Below, piece after piece: positions 1 through 9,284 of a stretch of 64,000 nt of DNA. The position numbers and the translations under genes are program-made. Position 1 is the first letter of the stretch. Every line of letters starts with the position of its first letter. The notes below the pieces were generated by a model. It did no database searches, was not told the origin of the DNA, and saw only the letters and a list, made by a program, of their open reading frames with translations. The stretch is taken from positions 1 through 64,000 of IMG/VR virus record IMGVR_UViG_3300010052_000216; one strand, given 5' to 3'. Source of the stretch: a virus. Lineage: Duplodnaviria > Caudoviricetes.

Positions 1-828
1 TCATGTCGCCTCCAGTTGCGGGAATTGCTTCACCCTTTCAGCCAACGCAAACGGCGGCAGTGAGTGCCGACCCAACCGGGCCGCTTCCGTCTCAGGCTCG
101 TAGAATTCCAGGCCCGGTCTAACTTGACTCGCCACACCAATGTGCTGGCAAACATATGGTACGAGCAACTGAATCTCAAAACCGGCATCGCGTGCTTGAG
201 CGCACAACTCGACATCGCCACCGCGAAGCGGATGGTCCATCCGTGCGAACCAGGCTTGACTCGCTTCATAGAACGTTCGCCGCACCAACGTACACACCGT
301 CGGCACGAATCGTTGCAGCACGGTCTTAGTCCAACTCAAGTCACCACCGACTTTATAGCCAGAGATAAGCCCTTGCTTCCCACCACGCGCCATCGCATTG
401 CCAACTTGACTGGTCAGCCGTTCATACCAGTCGACGTTGTACAGGGCATCATCCTCCAGCAAGATCACCGCGTCACTCGCCGGATACCGAGTAAACAAAT
501 CCCTCACCGCATAACACTCGGCATTACCAACGCCAACTGAGTTCTCGGCAATACGAAAAACCGGCACCAATCCGGCGATGCCCTGCAAGACAGGATTGTC
601 CTGTAGAATTCCCAACCCTGCTTCACGCCAACGCGGCCATGTGGGCCACTGATACTCGACCTGGAATTCCTCGGCCGTATCTAAGTGGCGTCGCGCCTCC
701 GGCAAATTGCTCGCATCGTCATACACGATCACCGGCACATCCGTCGGCAAGCTAGTCGCCGATAATGAGCGTAGCGTCGCATCCAAATAAACATGACGAT
801 TGTGGGTGACGATGCCGATCGGAATCAT
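1..828 (-). CDS. Family 2 (GT-A) glycosyltransferase
   Basis: IGIVTHNR..YL..TL.SL, VIVYDDAS and ILLEDDA (DxD) motifs; start moved to ATG 828, which has an upstream GAGGA. Confidence 0.75.
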   Translation of the reverse strand: MIPIGIVTHNRHVYLDATLRSLSATSLPTDVPVIVYDDASNLPEARRHLDTAEEFQVEYQWPTWPRWREAGLGILQDNPVLQGIAGLVPVFRIAENSVGVGNAECYAVRDLFTRYPASDAVILLEDDALYNVDWYERLTSQVGNAMARGGKQGLISGYKVGGDLSWTKTVLQRFVPTVCTLVRRTFYEASQAWFARMDHPLRGGDVELCAQARDAGFEIQLLVPYVCQHIGVASQVRPGLEFYEPETEAARLGRHSLPPFALAERVKQFPQLEAT

Positions 829-838
829 GAGGTCCTCG

Positions 839-2824
839 TTAAACAGGCGGATGACCGGAACTCGATCCTTCGTCGCAGCAGTAATCGCCGACGACCTGGG
901 ATTCGCTGCTGCAGAAGCCAACGATTAGGCCGTTGGAGATCACGTCATACTCGACATCGGCTTTGATCTGATCCCCCTCGATGTAGACTCGTGTGATTCG
1001 AGCCTTACGCGTGGATACGGGCTCGCTTTGGCAGTCGGTGCAAGCAGCAAACGGACCTTGGTAGTCCAGCGTCTCGTCCGAGACATCCCCGGTTTCTGTT
1101 TCAGCGACTTGGTAGCACTGCCCTTCGACTTTGACATACTGGCCAACGGCCGCATGAAGGTCCTCGGTCGTGATGATCTCAGGCAGCGATCCGCCCCCTC
1201 CTTCATCGCACCCGTCATGCGCGCACGCGGGTGTCAATCGATACTTGATCTGCTCTAAGCATGTCGTGCAGTTGGGGTATTCGGCGACGACCTCGAACGG
1301 TTCGGCCGATGCCGACCACGCGGTCGCGCCGACGAGCGTGTAGCAGCGGTCGTCATCGCCACGCTTCAGCACGGTGTCAGGTTCATAAGCCGCTAAATCG
1401 GCGTAAGTGAGCAGTGTCGCCGACGTTTCACAATCGGTGAGCTCGTAGCATTGTGCCGATTCACAATCATCGTAGGCTTCCTGGACGACAACCGAGATCG
1501 CGTCCTCGCACTCGGTGCCGTGCGCGACGGTGTAGATTTTGCCATCGTTGAGCCGCAGTACTTGGCCGACATAGTCGTGTAAATCCAACGGATCGCCAGT
1601 TGTGTTCTCCGCAGCATGCACATGCAACACCTCGGGCGGATCGGTGTCACATTCGGTCAGTGTAAAGCAACCGCATTGCTCGCATTCGGTGTAGTTGTTC
1701 GCAATCTCCCGCGACTCAGCTTCGTAGCAATCAGTGTCGTAGGCCGTGACATAATAGCAGCGACCATCAATCTCAAAGACCGTGCCCTCAGTAACTAATT
1801 CCTCGGACGTTTTCCCGGTCATTTCAGCAAGGTCGTTTGTGACCTTGAGCGTCTCGTATTCGTCGTAACAAGCCGTTAACGTGTAGCAGTGGCCGCAGGG
1901 TGTGCAATCAGAGTAATCCGCGATGACCGTGACGGGTTCAGCGTTGTAGCAGTTGTCGGCCTGCGTGACAGTGTAGCAATAACCATCGTCAAGTTTGACA
2001 ACCCGATCTTCATACGCGGCCAAATCGGTGTTGGTTAACTTGGTGACCTCCGTGTCATCGCAACGGGCCAATTCCCAGCAGCTTTGGCATTTCGAGCAAT
2101 CGCTGTAGCGTGCAGCGATGGTCACGCACTTGGGTTCATAGCACCGCAGCTCGTCGCAAGTGGCCAACCGCACGCGGTAACAGCTGTCGCCGACTTTCAC
2201 GACGCGGTCGATGTTGTTGGCCAACTCGTTGACAACGATCAGCGTCGGCTTTTGATTCTTGCAATCGACCAGGGCGTAAGGATGCGGGATATGATTGCCG
2301 AGCCGCACCACGGCCCAATTAGAACTACTGTCTCGCCAGAGAATCTGCGCACTCCCTTGCGGGCAAGGTTGCAGCGAATCGGCTGCGCCGTCACGAACCT
2401 CGGCGAATTTGTCTGTTGGTTCACCGCCAGAAGCTAGACGAACGGGGCATACGCCCGAGATAAAGGCTCGACCTGACTGGCCTGCGGGGATCGGCTCCAA
2501 GAGAATGACGAACTGTCCCAAATGCTCGGGCAACTCGGGCGTGACACCCGTCAGCGCGACTTCGTTTTTAAATTGCTGCAGGTTGGCGTAGGGGCTGATG
2601 ATCGGCTCGTCGATGCCCAGGATCTCGAACCGCCCACGGTCTTGGCCCGACGCATTCTTCACCCGCACGATAGTGGTCGAGCGGACGAGCGTGTTGCCGG
2701 CAGTAGAGGTGTCGTTTTCCTGTTTGGCCGAGCCGACTGTATCAACGAGCGCATTATAAAACTCGGCCGGGAACTTGAACGGCTGCCCCACGAGCACTTT
2801 TTTGAACGCATCGCCTGGCATCAA
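839..2824 (-). CDS. Tail-associated protein with six Cys-rich tandem repeats (putative fibre/receptor-binding protein)
   Basis: 661 aa, downstream of tape measure and a tail protein; repeats of ~62-76 aa of form C/xY.L..C...DL..Y...V.K..G.CY.V......Y..C..C. Confidence 0.7.
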   Translation of the reverse strand: MMPGDAFKKVLVGQPFKFPAEFYNALVDTVGSAKQENDTSTAGNTLVRSTTIVRVKNASGQDRGRFEILGIDEPIISPYANLQQFKNEVALTGVTPELPEHLGQFVILLEPIPAGQSGRAFISGVCPVRLASGGEPTDKFAEVRDGAADSLQPCPQGSAQILWRDSSSNWAVVRLGNHIPHPYALVDCKNQKPTLIVVNELANNIDRVVKVGDSCYRVRLATCDELRCYEPKCVTIAARYSDCSKCQSCWELARCDDTEVTKLTNTDLAAYEDRVVKLDDGYCYTVTQADNCYNAEPVTVIADYSDCTPCGHCYTLTACYDEYETLKVTNDLAEMTGKTSEELVTEGTVFEIDGRCYYVTAYDTDCYEAESREIANNYTECEQCGCFTLTECDTDPPEVLHVHAAENTTGDPLDLHDYVGQVLRLNDGKIYTVAHGTECEDAISVVVQEAYDDCESAQCYELTDCETSATLLTYADLAAYEPDTVLKRGDDDRCYTLVGATAWSASAEPFEVVAEYPNCTTCLEQIKYRLTPACAHDGCDEGGGGSLPEIITTEDLHAAVGQYVKVEGQCYQVAETETGDVSDETLDYQGPFAACTDCQSEPVSTRKARITRVYIEGDQIKADVEYDVISNGLIVGFCSSESQVVGDYCCDEGSSSGHPPV

Positions 2825-3615
2825 GTTCCAATTCCTAAACTAGCGAAGTTCGACTCGGGATAGACTTGCTCGACGTACACCGCCACTGGTTCCTTGGTCA
2901 GCCAAACGCCATCGTCAGCGTCCGCATACTTAACCCACAGGTATTCCCAACCGCGTTTGAGCGCCACGGCAATCCCACCGATGTTGAGTCCCGCAACGTT
3001 TGGACTGGCGGCGAATCGGAACGTGATCTCCCAATCTTCGGCCCCGCGCTGTGCGCCACTCGCACCCAGGAACAAAACCTCGCCGCGGGCGAACCCTTTG
3101 AACGAGCCGTTGTTTGTTGTGCCGGTCGCATAAAACAGAGCCGCCTTGTAGCCCGCTGTCACATTCTCGATGGGTACATAATGCCGCTCGGTGAAGTGAT
3201 AGGCAGGGAGCGTGATATCGACGCCCGCGACATCGTCACCGTTGACGCCGATCGCCCCTTTAAAGTCGGGGCCTGGCATCCCCATCGACAAATCGTAGCG
3301 CCGCGTCCCAAGGGACTGTGTGATGTGCTGCGTCCCGCCACCGGTGTCAAACGTGTATTCCGAATCGCCCGGTTTCTTGGGTTCGACGAGGCCGTACTTG
3401 CCGATCAGTTCCCAAACGCCGGCCCCCAGATGGTCCAGCGTGTAATTCTGAAACCGTTTCCCCGCGTGATCGGTCGGGAACAGAGACGACCCAAGAGCGC
3501 GGACGGTGTCAGTGTCCTCGGTCCCCGCCACCTTAAAGATCAGTTCGGTCTGCGCAGATTGGTCCCCTTCCGTGGACCGGCCCGACTCGAACATTTCATA
3601 GATGGTGATGGGCAT
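2821..3615 (-). CDS. Putative distal tail/hub-region protein
   Basis: 264 aa, 3 nt after the tape measure stop and overlapping the next gene; function assigned by position only. Confidence 0.6.
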   Translation of the reverse strand: MPITIYEMFESGRSTEGDQSAQTELIFKVAGTEDTDTVRALGSSLFPTDHAGKRFQNYTLDHLGAGVWELIGKYGLVEPKKPGDSEYTFDTGGGTQHITQSLGTRRYDLSMGMPGPDFKGAIGVNGDDVAGVDITLPAYHFTERHYVPIENVTAGYKAALFYATGTTNNGSFKGFARGEVLFLGASGAQRGAEDWEITFRFAASPNVAGLNIGGIAVALKRGWEYLWVKYADADDGVWLTKEPVAVYVEQVYPESNFASLGIGT

Positions 3616-3618
3616 TGC

Positions 3619-5601
3619 TTAAACAAACGCCAACTTGTTATCGAGCGTGACTTGAACGAGCCGCTTGGTGTTCTTAGCCGTTTCCTCGGACGCTTTGGCC
3701 GTTCGATCTTGCCAGCCCTTGCTGTCGAAGTACCGCAGCGCGGCCGGATTGAATGTCCCTTGGATCTCTTGTTTCTTCTTGACCTCTGAGACCCCAGCGT
3801 CGATGCCTTCGAGATCGATTTGCTCGAGCTTGGGCAAGCCTAACCCAGCCTCGGCCGCCGCACGTTTCTTGGCCGCTTCATCGAGGGCCGTGCGCCATTC
3901 GTCTTTGGCCGACTGTAGCTGATCGTCGGTCGCTTTGAGTTCGGCGTCGTATGCCGCTTGACGTTTGGCTTGGGCGCGTTGGCGATCTTGCTCCAGCGCG
4001 TCGAGCGTCCCCGTGCGATCGGCATCGATCTGTTGCTGTTGCGCTGCGCGCTCCGCTTCGATCTGCTGGAGCCGCGCTTCTTTCGCGGCCTGGTCTTTCT
4101 TCTGCTGTGCCTCGTAATCACGTTGCAACGTGGCTTTGGTGCCCGCCGCATCGACCGTGTCGTCAAAGAGCGACCAGAGATCGACAAACGCTTGACTGAT
4201 CTCGTTTTGCGCCGCAGTCCAGAGCCCCACCGCCCCGCTCGTAAAATGCTCCCAACCGGTAGCCATTCCGGCGGTGATGTCGTTCCAAATTGACTGAATG
4301 CCTGAAAGAGCTTTGATAAAAATGCTAGCCAAGCCATACGTCGCCTCGGTCCAGGTGGTGACAAAGAACGACTTGAAGTCGAGCCACTTTTCAGAAATCC
4401 ACGCGATGCCGCGTTGCCATTCAAGCTTGATCGTGAGCCAAGCGATCTTGGCGGCGAGTCCCAGGTCACCGGCGGCGAGCGCGTCGCCGATCCCTTGCCA
4501 CGCTTGGATCGCGTCGGCGGCCAGGGTTTTGAAGGCGTTCCCCAGGAACGTCAGCAATTGCTGGCCCAGGCCCGTGACCTTGAGTAGCGCGAGCCCGATC
4601 CCGACGATGGCCGCGACAACGAGGCCTGCGGGACTTGCAAGAGCTGCAATGGCCGGGGCCAAGAGATTGAAGACCACGACGGTCCCGGCCGCGACCGCTT
4701 TGAAGACGATCAACGCGACCGTAGCCGCGCGCAACAGCGTCCCGAGCGTCAAAAAACCGGCTGCCGTGACCAGAGTTGCCGCCGAGACGTAGAGTAATAC
4801 TGTCACGAGCGTCTTATTCTCGCGAATCCAGGCGGCAGCCGACTTCGCGGCCCCCGTCAAAAACCGGGTCGCTGACATCAGCGCCGGCGACAACGCTGAA
4901 CCGATTTCAAATACGGCGCGTTTGGTGACTTTGCCCAGGATATCGAGGGCGTCGCCGAATTCTTCGGCCGCTTGGGCATCGGCCGTCGACATGGTCAGGC
5001 CCAACTTGCGGGCCTGCTCGCGCAAAGCTCGGATGCCTGCCGCGCCGGTGTTGAGTAACGGCAGTAACTGCGCGCCCGATTTGCCAAACAGTTCCAAGGC
5101 GATGGCCGTCCGCTTGGCCGGGTTTTCGATCCGCTTGATGCGTTCGGCGAACAATTCAAACTGCTGATCGGGTTGCAAGTTCACGAGCTGTGCGACCGTC
5201 AGGCCCAACTCGCTCAATGTCTCATTGGCCGACTTCGAGCCCCCTGCTGCTTCAGCCAACAGTTTTTGCATCTTCCGCAGCGAACCTTCGAGCGTCGCAA
5301 AATCGGTCCCCGATTGCTCGGCCGCGAAGCCGAGTTCCGAGAGTGCTTCGACGCTCGCGCCGGTGCGCGCCGATGCATCAGCCAGCAAGCTGCCGGCATC
5401 CGCAAATTGCTTGGCCGCGACCAGGAGCGGCGTGCCGATCGCCAGCCCCGCCGCCCCCAGTCGCGTGCCAAAGCTCGTGAGCGAATCGGCCCATTTCGTG
5501 AGGCGTGCCTTGGCTTTATCCAAGCCGCGCACAAACGCCGAATCTTCGGTGAAGAGTTCGACGTAAGCACGTCCGGCGCGGATGGCGTTGGCTTTGCTCA
5601 T
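3619..5601 (-). CDS. Tail tape measure protein
   Basis: 660 aa, Ala/Leu-rich helical; AGRAYVEL N-terminus, hydrophobic central stretch, coiled-coil C-terminus; follows the chaperone genes; ATG overlaps the upstream stop (ATGA). Confidence 0.85.
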   Translation of the reverse strand: MSKANAIRAGRAYVELFTEDSAFVRGLDKAKARLTKWADSLTSFGTRLGAAGLAIGTPLLVAAKQFADAGSLLADASARTGASVEALSELGFAAEQSGTDFATLEGSLRKMQKLLAEAAGGSKSANETLSELGLTVAQLVNLQPDQQFELFAERIKRIENPAKRTAIALELFGKSGAQLLPLLNTGAAGIRALREQARKLGLTMSTADAQAAEEFGDALDILGKVTKRAVFEIGSALSPALMSATRFLTGAAKSAAAWIRENKTLVTVLLYVSAATLVTAAGFLTLGTLLRAATVALIVFKAVAAGTVVVFNLLAPAIAALASPAGLVVAAIVGIGLALLKVTGLGQQLLTFLGNAFKTLAADAIQAWQGIGDALAAGDLGLAAKIAWLTIKLEWQRGIAWISEKWLDFKSFFVTTWTEATYGLASIFIKALSGIQSIWNDITAGMATGWEHFTSGAVGLWTAAQNEISQAFVDLWSLFDDTVDAAGTKATLQRDYEAQQKKDQAAKEARLQQIEAERAAQQQQIDADRTGTLDALEQDRQRAQAKRQAAYDAELKATDDQLQSAKDEWRTALDEAAKKRAAAEAGLGLPKLEQIDLEGIDAGVSEVKKKQEIQGTFNPAALRYFDSKGWQDRTAKASEETAKNTKRLVQVTLDNKLAFV

Positions 5602-5834
5602 GAACAAAAAACTTGCTTGAGAACCGAGATATCGGCCATTTCAAGAGCTGGCTCTTTGGCCGACGCGTGCGGATCAAAATCCCGCGGGCCGAATTTGCGC
5701 GATTTGTGGGGATCGCGATGGAGATTGGCCAGCAGCGCCATCTGACTGGCGGCGATCCCCCAGAGTTGCCGCGAGCGTCCTTCGGCCATCAGGTCGAGTT
5801 GATGGAGCGTGAAGGCTTGCGGCGCGAGGCCCAC
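5598..5834 (-). CDS. Tail assembly chaperone T segment (probably made as a GT fusion by -1 frameshift)
   Basis: -1 frame relative to the upstream chaperone; open from at least 5900 to 5598 (RVLYQLAGQVGLAPQAFTLHQLDLMAEGR...). Confidence 0.6.
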   Translation of the reverse strand: MGLAPQAFTLHQLDLMAEGRSRQLWGIAASQMALLANLHRDPHKSRKFGPRDFDPHASAKEPALEMADISVLKQVFCS

Positions 5835-6289
5835 TTGGCCGGCGAGTTGGTAGAGGACCCGAGTGATTGCCGCACGACCGAAGTCGGATCGAGGTTTTTG
5901 AGTTTGGTCTCTGCCTCGTCGAGGGCCAGATCCCGAACTTGGCGGAACTTCGCCAGGAGCGTCCGCAGCCCGGCTCGCCCCCGGGCGTCGGGGAAAAAAT
6001 CGACAAGCTCCTCGATGAACGCGTCAGTCGCTTGGGCCAAGGCGTCGCCGGCAAGACCAGCGAGGAACTGCTCGGGCGTGATCTGCTTGGCCGCCAGTTG
6101 GTCTTCGACGAGAACCAGCAGAATGCGAGCCAGGCGCGATGGTCGCCGAAGCAAATCAGAGAGGCCTTGCAGTTGCTCATCGAGCAACTCGGTCAAGTAA
6201 ATCCCGGTCGCGACGTCAACTCGCTCGAGGGCCAGCGTGTTGATCACGAGCGACCAGGTTTGATTGTTGAGATCCGTGAATTGATGCAT
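5789..6289 (-). CDS. Tail assembly chaperone (G-like)
   Basis: 166 aa from MHQFTD, between tail tube and tape measure. Confidence 0.7.
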   Translation of the reverse strand: MHQFTDLNNQTWSLVINTLALERVDVATGIYLTELLDEQLQGLSDLLRRPSRLARILLVLVEDQLAAKQITPEQFLAGLAGDALAQATDAFIEELVDFFPDARGRAGLRTLLAKFRQVRDLALDEAETKLKNLDPTSVVRQSLGSSTNSPAKWASRRKPSRSINST

Positions 6290-6339
6290 AAAGAGCCAAT
6301 TACAAAGGGGAGAATGAACAAACGATGCGCTGAGAATCA

Positions 6340-6777
6340 TTAGGCCGAGACAGTCATCCAGCTCGGAGGATTGGTCGCATAGGTCGGTTTGATCGTGACC
6401 GAAACGCTGATCGCTTCTTCGAGCGGCTCCGAGCGCGAGAAGCTAATCACACTCATCGTGGCCCGCAGGCCTTGGGTGCCGGCGGTCGTCACATCGCCAT
6501 CCAGCACGGCAACCTCGATGGATGTGTTATTCATGAACGCGTCCTTGAGCGCCGTAAAGTCATCGTCGCCGGTATCCCAGACCATCTCGAATTCGATAGA
6601 CGCTTCCTTGAGCGTGCCGATCATCGCCCGCCAGCCGTTGTTGCCGCGGGTCGTTACGTCGGCTTCCCCTTTTTCGAGATTGAGCGTCAGATCCTTGACA
6701 TTCTTGATCTCGTTCCAGGTCGGCGTGGCAAAGACGCCCGTGTTGCGATAGAGCTTGGCATCGAGGCCCAGTTTCAC
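6340..6777 (-). CDS. Major tail tube protein
   Basis: 145 aa, GTG start; EIKNVKDLTLNLEKGEADVTTR..GWR..IGTLKEASIEF is typical of siphovirus tube proteins. Confidence 0.8.
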   Translation of the reverse strand: MKLGLDAKLYRNTGVFATPTWNEIKNVKDLTLNLEKGEADVTTRGNNGWRAMIGTLKEASIEFEMVWDTGDDDFTALKDAFMNNTSIEVAVLDGDVTTAGTQGLRATMSVISFSRSEPLEEAISVSVTIKPTYATNPPSWMTVSA

Positions 6778-6788
6778 ACCGATGTTTG

Positions 6789-7274
6789 TTACTCCGTGAG
6801 GCTGTCTTGCCAGCGGGGTGGCAAGGCTTTGAGTTCTTGGTCAAACGCGGGCCGCATGAACGGCCGCGCGGCAATTTCGATCTGGCGAGATTTCTTCTTG
6901 GTCACGAGCTGCGTGACGCCACCGTATTCCAGCGCTTCGAGCGCACCGGCGGTAGGTTTATTGAGCCGCGCGGGGCCGATGATCACCGACTTCCGCTGCG
7001 GGTCGTAAATGAAATAAATGTGTTTCTTGAGCAGCCCCGTGTGGCTCAGCGGTGGTCGACCTGGGAGCGACGAGTTGCGTGCTGCTCGCCGGCGTTTGGT
7101 TCCTCCCTTTGGTCGGCGCTGGCTCGGCGCTCGGCGGATCGATTGCCTGGCCGTCTGCCGCACAAACGCCCCGAACCTGGAAAGCACCTTCCGCTCCGCG
7201 CGACTCATCCCTTTCAGGACTTTGTCGCGGTCGAAGAATAGGTGTTTGACGGCGTTGATCTGGAACTCGAGCAT
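6789..7274 (-). CDS. Basic neck/tail-completion protein (HK97 gp10/lambda Z-like)
   Basis: 161 aa, Arg/Lys-rich; LEYGG and IAARPFMRPAFD motifs. Confidence 0.65.
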   Translation of the reverse strand: MLEFQINAVKHLFFDRDKVLKGMSRAERKVLSRFGAFVRQTARQSIRRAPSQRRPKGGTKRRRAARNSSLPGRPPLSHTGLLKKHIYFIYDPQRKSVIIGPARLNKPTAGALEALEYGGVTQLVTKKKSRQIEIAARPFMRPAFDQELKALPPRWQDSLTE

Positions 7275-7691
7275 TCAATCCCAACGTCGATACGTGCAAA
7301 CGAGCAGACTCGTGAAGACGCCGAACTGCTTCAAGTGTTCTTCGGAATAAATGGGTTCGTTTCGGCATTCCAGGATGCGACCGGCGTTGAGCTTCGTGTT
7401 GTTGATGAACGTCTCGACCTGCTCGACCAGATCCATCAGCGGATCGAGGGCCGCATTGGTGATTGCCGTTTTTTGCTGGACCGCCACATCGAGCACCAGT
7501 TCCCATTCGCTTTTTTCGCGAGTGAGTTGCTTTTGAGCTTTGGCCGTGGGGACAACGACGATTCGTTTATCCGTCAGCCGTTCAAGTTGCTGGGCGACCC
7601 AATACACACGCTGTGCCGGAGCCACACCCCCGAACTCCAAGTTCAGCGCGGCAACCAATTCGTCGGCCAAGGCAACGATGCGGCTCATCAC
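7275..7691 (-). CDS. Putative tail terminator protein
   Basis: 138 aa in the neck cluster; assigned by size and position. Confidence 0.5.
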   Translation of the reverse strand: MMSRIVALADELVAALNLEFGGVAPAQRVYWVAQQLERLTDKRIVVVPTAKAQKQLTREKSEWELVLDVAVQQKTAITNAALDPLMDLVEQVETFINNTKLNAGRILECRNEPIYSEEHLKQFGVFTSLLVCTYRRWD

Positions 7692-8545
7692 ACAAAGCTG
7701 TAGGTGGTGGTTGCGGTTTCGCTCGAAAGCGTCGCCGCGCTGGAGTAATAGGTAGCCGTGGCGCTAAACACGAACGTTTTGTCGTAAAGCTCTGGGTAAT
7801 CGCTAATGGGGAAGTACGAGCCCTCGCTGCCGTAGAACGTCCCGCTGGCCAAGCCTTGAAACTCGGAATACTCGTTGTAGTAACCCAGCTGCCAATCGAT
7901 TTGCGAGAAGTAGCTTACGTGACTGACGCTGTACTCCAAGCTTGTCATCCCGTCCCGCTCGCCAATGCCCAGCGATACCGATGGAGCGAGCGGCAGCCCG
8001 TACAACGTCATCGTCGTGGGCAAACCATAATCGGCTCCGAGACGGGCAACCACCGTGAGCGAGGCCGTTTGCCCCGGATAACACGTGAGAGTCAGCGACG
8101 TGTCGGTAGTGAAGTTGAATCCTCCGCCATCAATGTCGTAGGAATACCCTTCGGCCAGCGGAATGGTCGACCAACTGGCATACGCAAACTCCGCATCGGC
8201 GCTCGTTTGTTCCACGCCAAGCGCAGGCACCGTTCCGCCCGTGACGCCTATCCACGGGCTGATCAGATCATCGCGTTCGGCGCGGGCTTGAAAGTAGTAT
8301 TCGATTCCCGGAGGCAGAAACAACGATTGATAACCGGTACTGACGGTCGTGATTTCTTGCACGTCGACTTCAAATACCGACGAGGTCGAGTACTGAATCC
8401 GATAGAGCGTGGGAATGGTCCCTGGATTCGCATCGACGTAAAATTCAACTTGCCCTGGTTGATTAGTTTCAATCCAGAACACCGGGACTTCGGGTGGTAG
8501 CAAGACCGACTGGTGCGGCCGCATCAGTTGTTGGCGACGGCTCAT
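7688..8545 (-). CDS. FN3/Ig-like repeat protein (putative virion decoration)
   Basis: 285 aa, Ser/Thr/Tyr-rich, nearly Lys-free; YRIQYS...LPPGIEYYFQARA..SPW FN3 signature; about three beta-sandwich units. Confidence 0.55.
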   Translation of the reverse strand: MSRRQQLMRPHQSVLLPPEVPVFWIETNQPGQVEFYVDANPGTIPTLYRIQYSTSSVFEVDVQEITTVSTGYQSLFLPPGIEYYFQARAERDDLISPWIGVTGGTVPALGVEQTSADAEFAYASWSTIPLAEGYSYDIDGGGFNFTTDTSLTLTCYPGQTASLTVVARLGADYGLPTTMTLYGLPLAPSVSLGIGERDGMTSLEYSVSHVSYFSQIDWQLGYYNEYSEFQGLASGTFYGSEGSYFPISDYPELYDKTFVFSATATYYSSAATLSSETATTTYSFV

Positions 8546-8550
8546 GGCAA

Positions 8551-9282
8551 TCAGGTCTTGAGGACCAGCTCCAATGGGCCTGCCATCGAGGCAACGAACC
8601 TGAGTGCTCCCGCGCCATACACGGGCTCGGGCAATTCGTTGAATTGATCCTCGTACACATCCATCACCAACGGACTGCCGTTCACCATGATCGGTGAGTA
8701 TGCTGCGCCCGGGGCGATGGCTGCATAGATGGTCAACTGGTAGCCATTCAAGGGACTTCCCGCGGGCACCCGAAACCCGCCTCCTGCGTATTGGCGGAAG
8801 TCTATCTCGGTCGCTTGAAACAAGTCCGGATTGACCTGGATCGTACGGGTTTCGGAACCGCGATAGAGCGTGATGTTTTGCAGTGTGCCAGGCATCGCGA
8901 ACAACTCCGTGCGAATAAACTTCGTATGAATTCGAACCATCCGGCGGAACGGATCGGCGTAGCGCCAGGACGGTTCATTGCCAGGAGCCAACGCTTGGTA
9001 CACCAGCGTGACTCCTTCGCTCGTCCACCAAATCTCATCGTGATCCGCGGGTTCCACGCGTTCGTTGGCGAGAAGCAAATCACTCGTGCGAATCAAAAAA
9101 TCGATTTCGCTATAGGCGACCGGGACGCCCGTGATTTCTTGGTCGAGAGCGAACACCGTGCGGCCTAAGGTTGCCCGCACTTCCACGAACTGATCTCCTC
9201 GCACATAGACGACCGGTTGCGAGGCATGGTCTTGCAACTGTTGGGTGAGCCAGACCATGCCTCGCTCGAGCAAATCAGTCAT
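8551..9282 (-). CDS. Head-closure (gpFII-like) protein with a C-terminal extension
   Basis: N-terminal ~125 aa resemble head-tail joining proteins (DFLI...EP...DEI...YRIHTK); in-frame ATG at 8895 with GGAG 9 nt upstream. Confidence 0.55.
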   Translation of the reverse strand: MTDLLERGMVWLTQQLQDHASQPVVYVRGDQFVEVRATLGRTVFALDQEITGVPVAYSEIDFLIRTSDLLLANERVEPADHDEIWWTSEGVTLVYQALAPGNEPSWRYADPFRRMVRIHTKFIRTELFAMPGTLQNITLYRGSETRTIQVNPDLFQATEIDFRQYAGGGFRVPAGSPLNGYQLTIYAAIAPGAAYSPIMVNGSPLVMDVYEDQFNELPEPVYGAGALRFVASMAGPLELVLKT

Positions 9283-9284
9283 CG

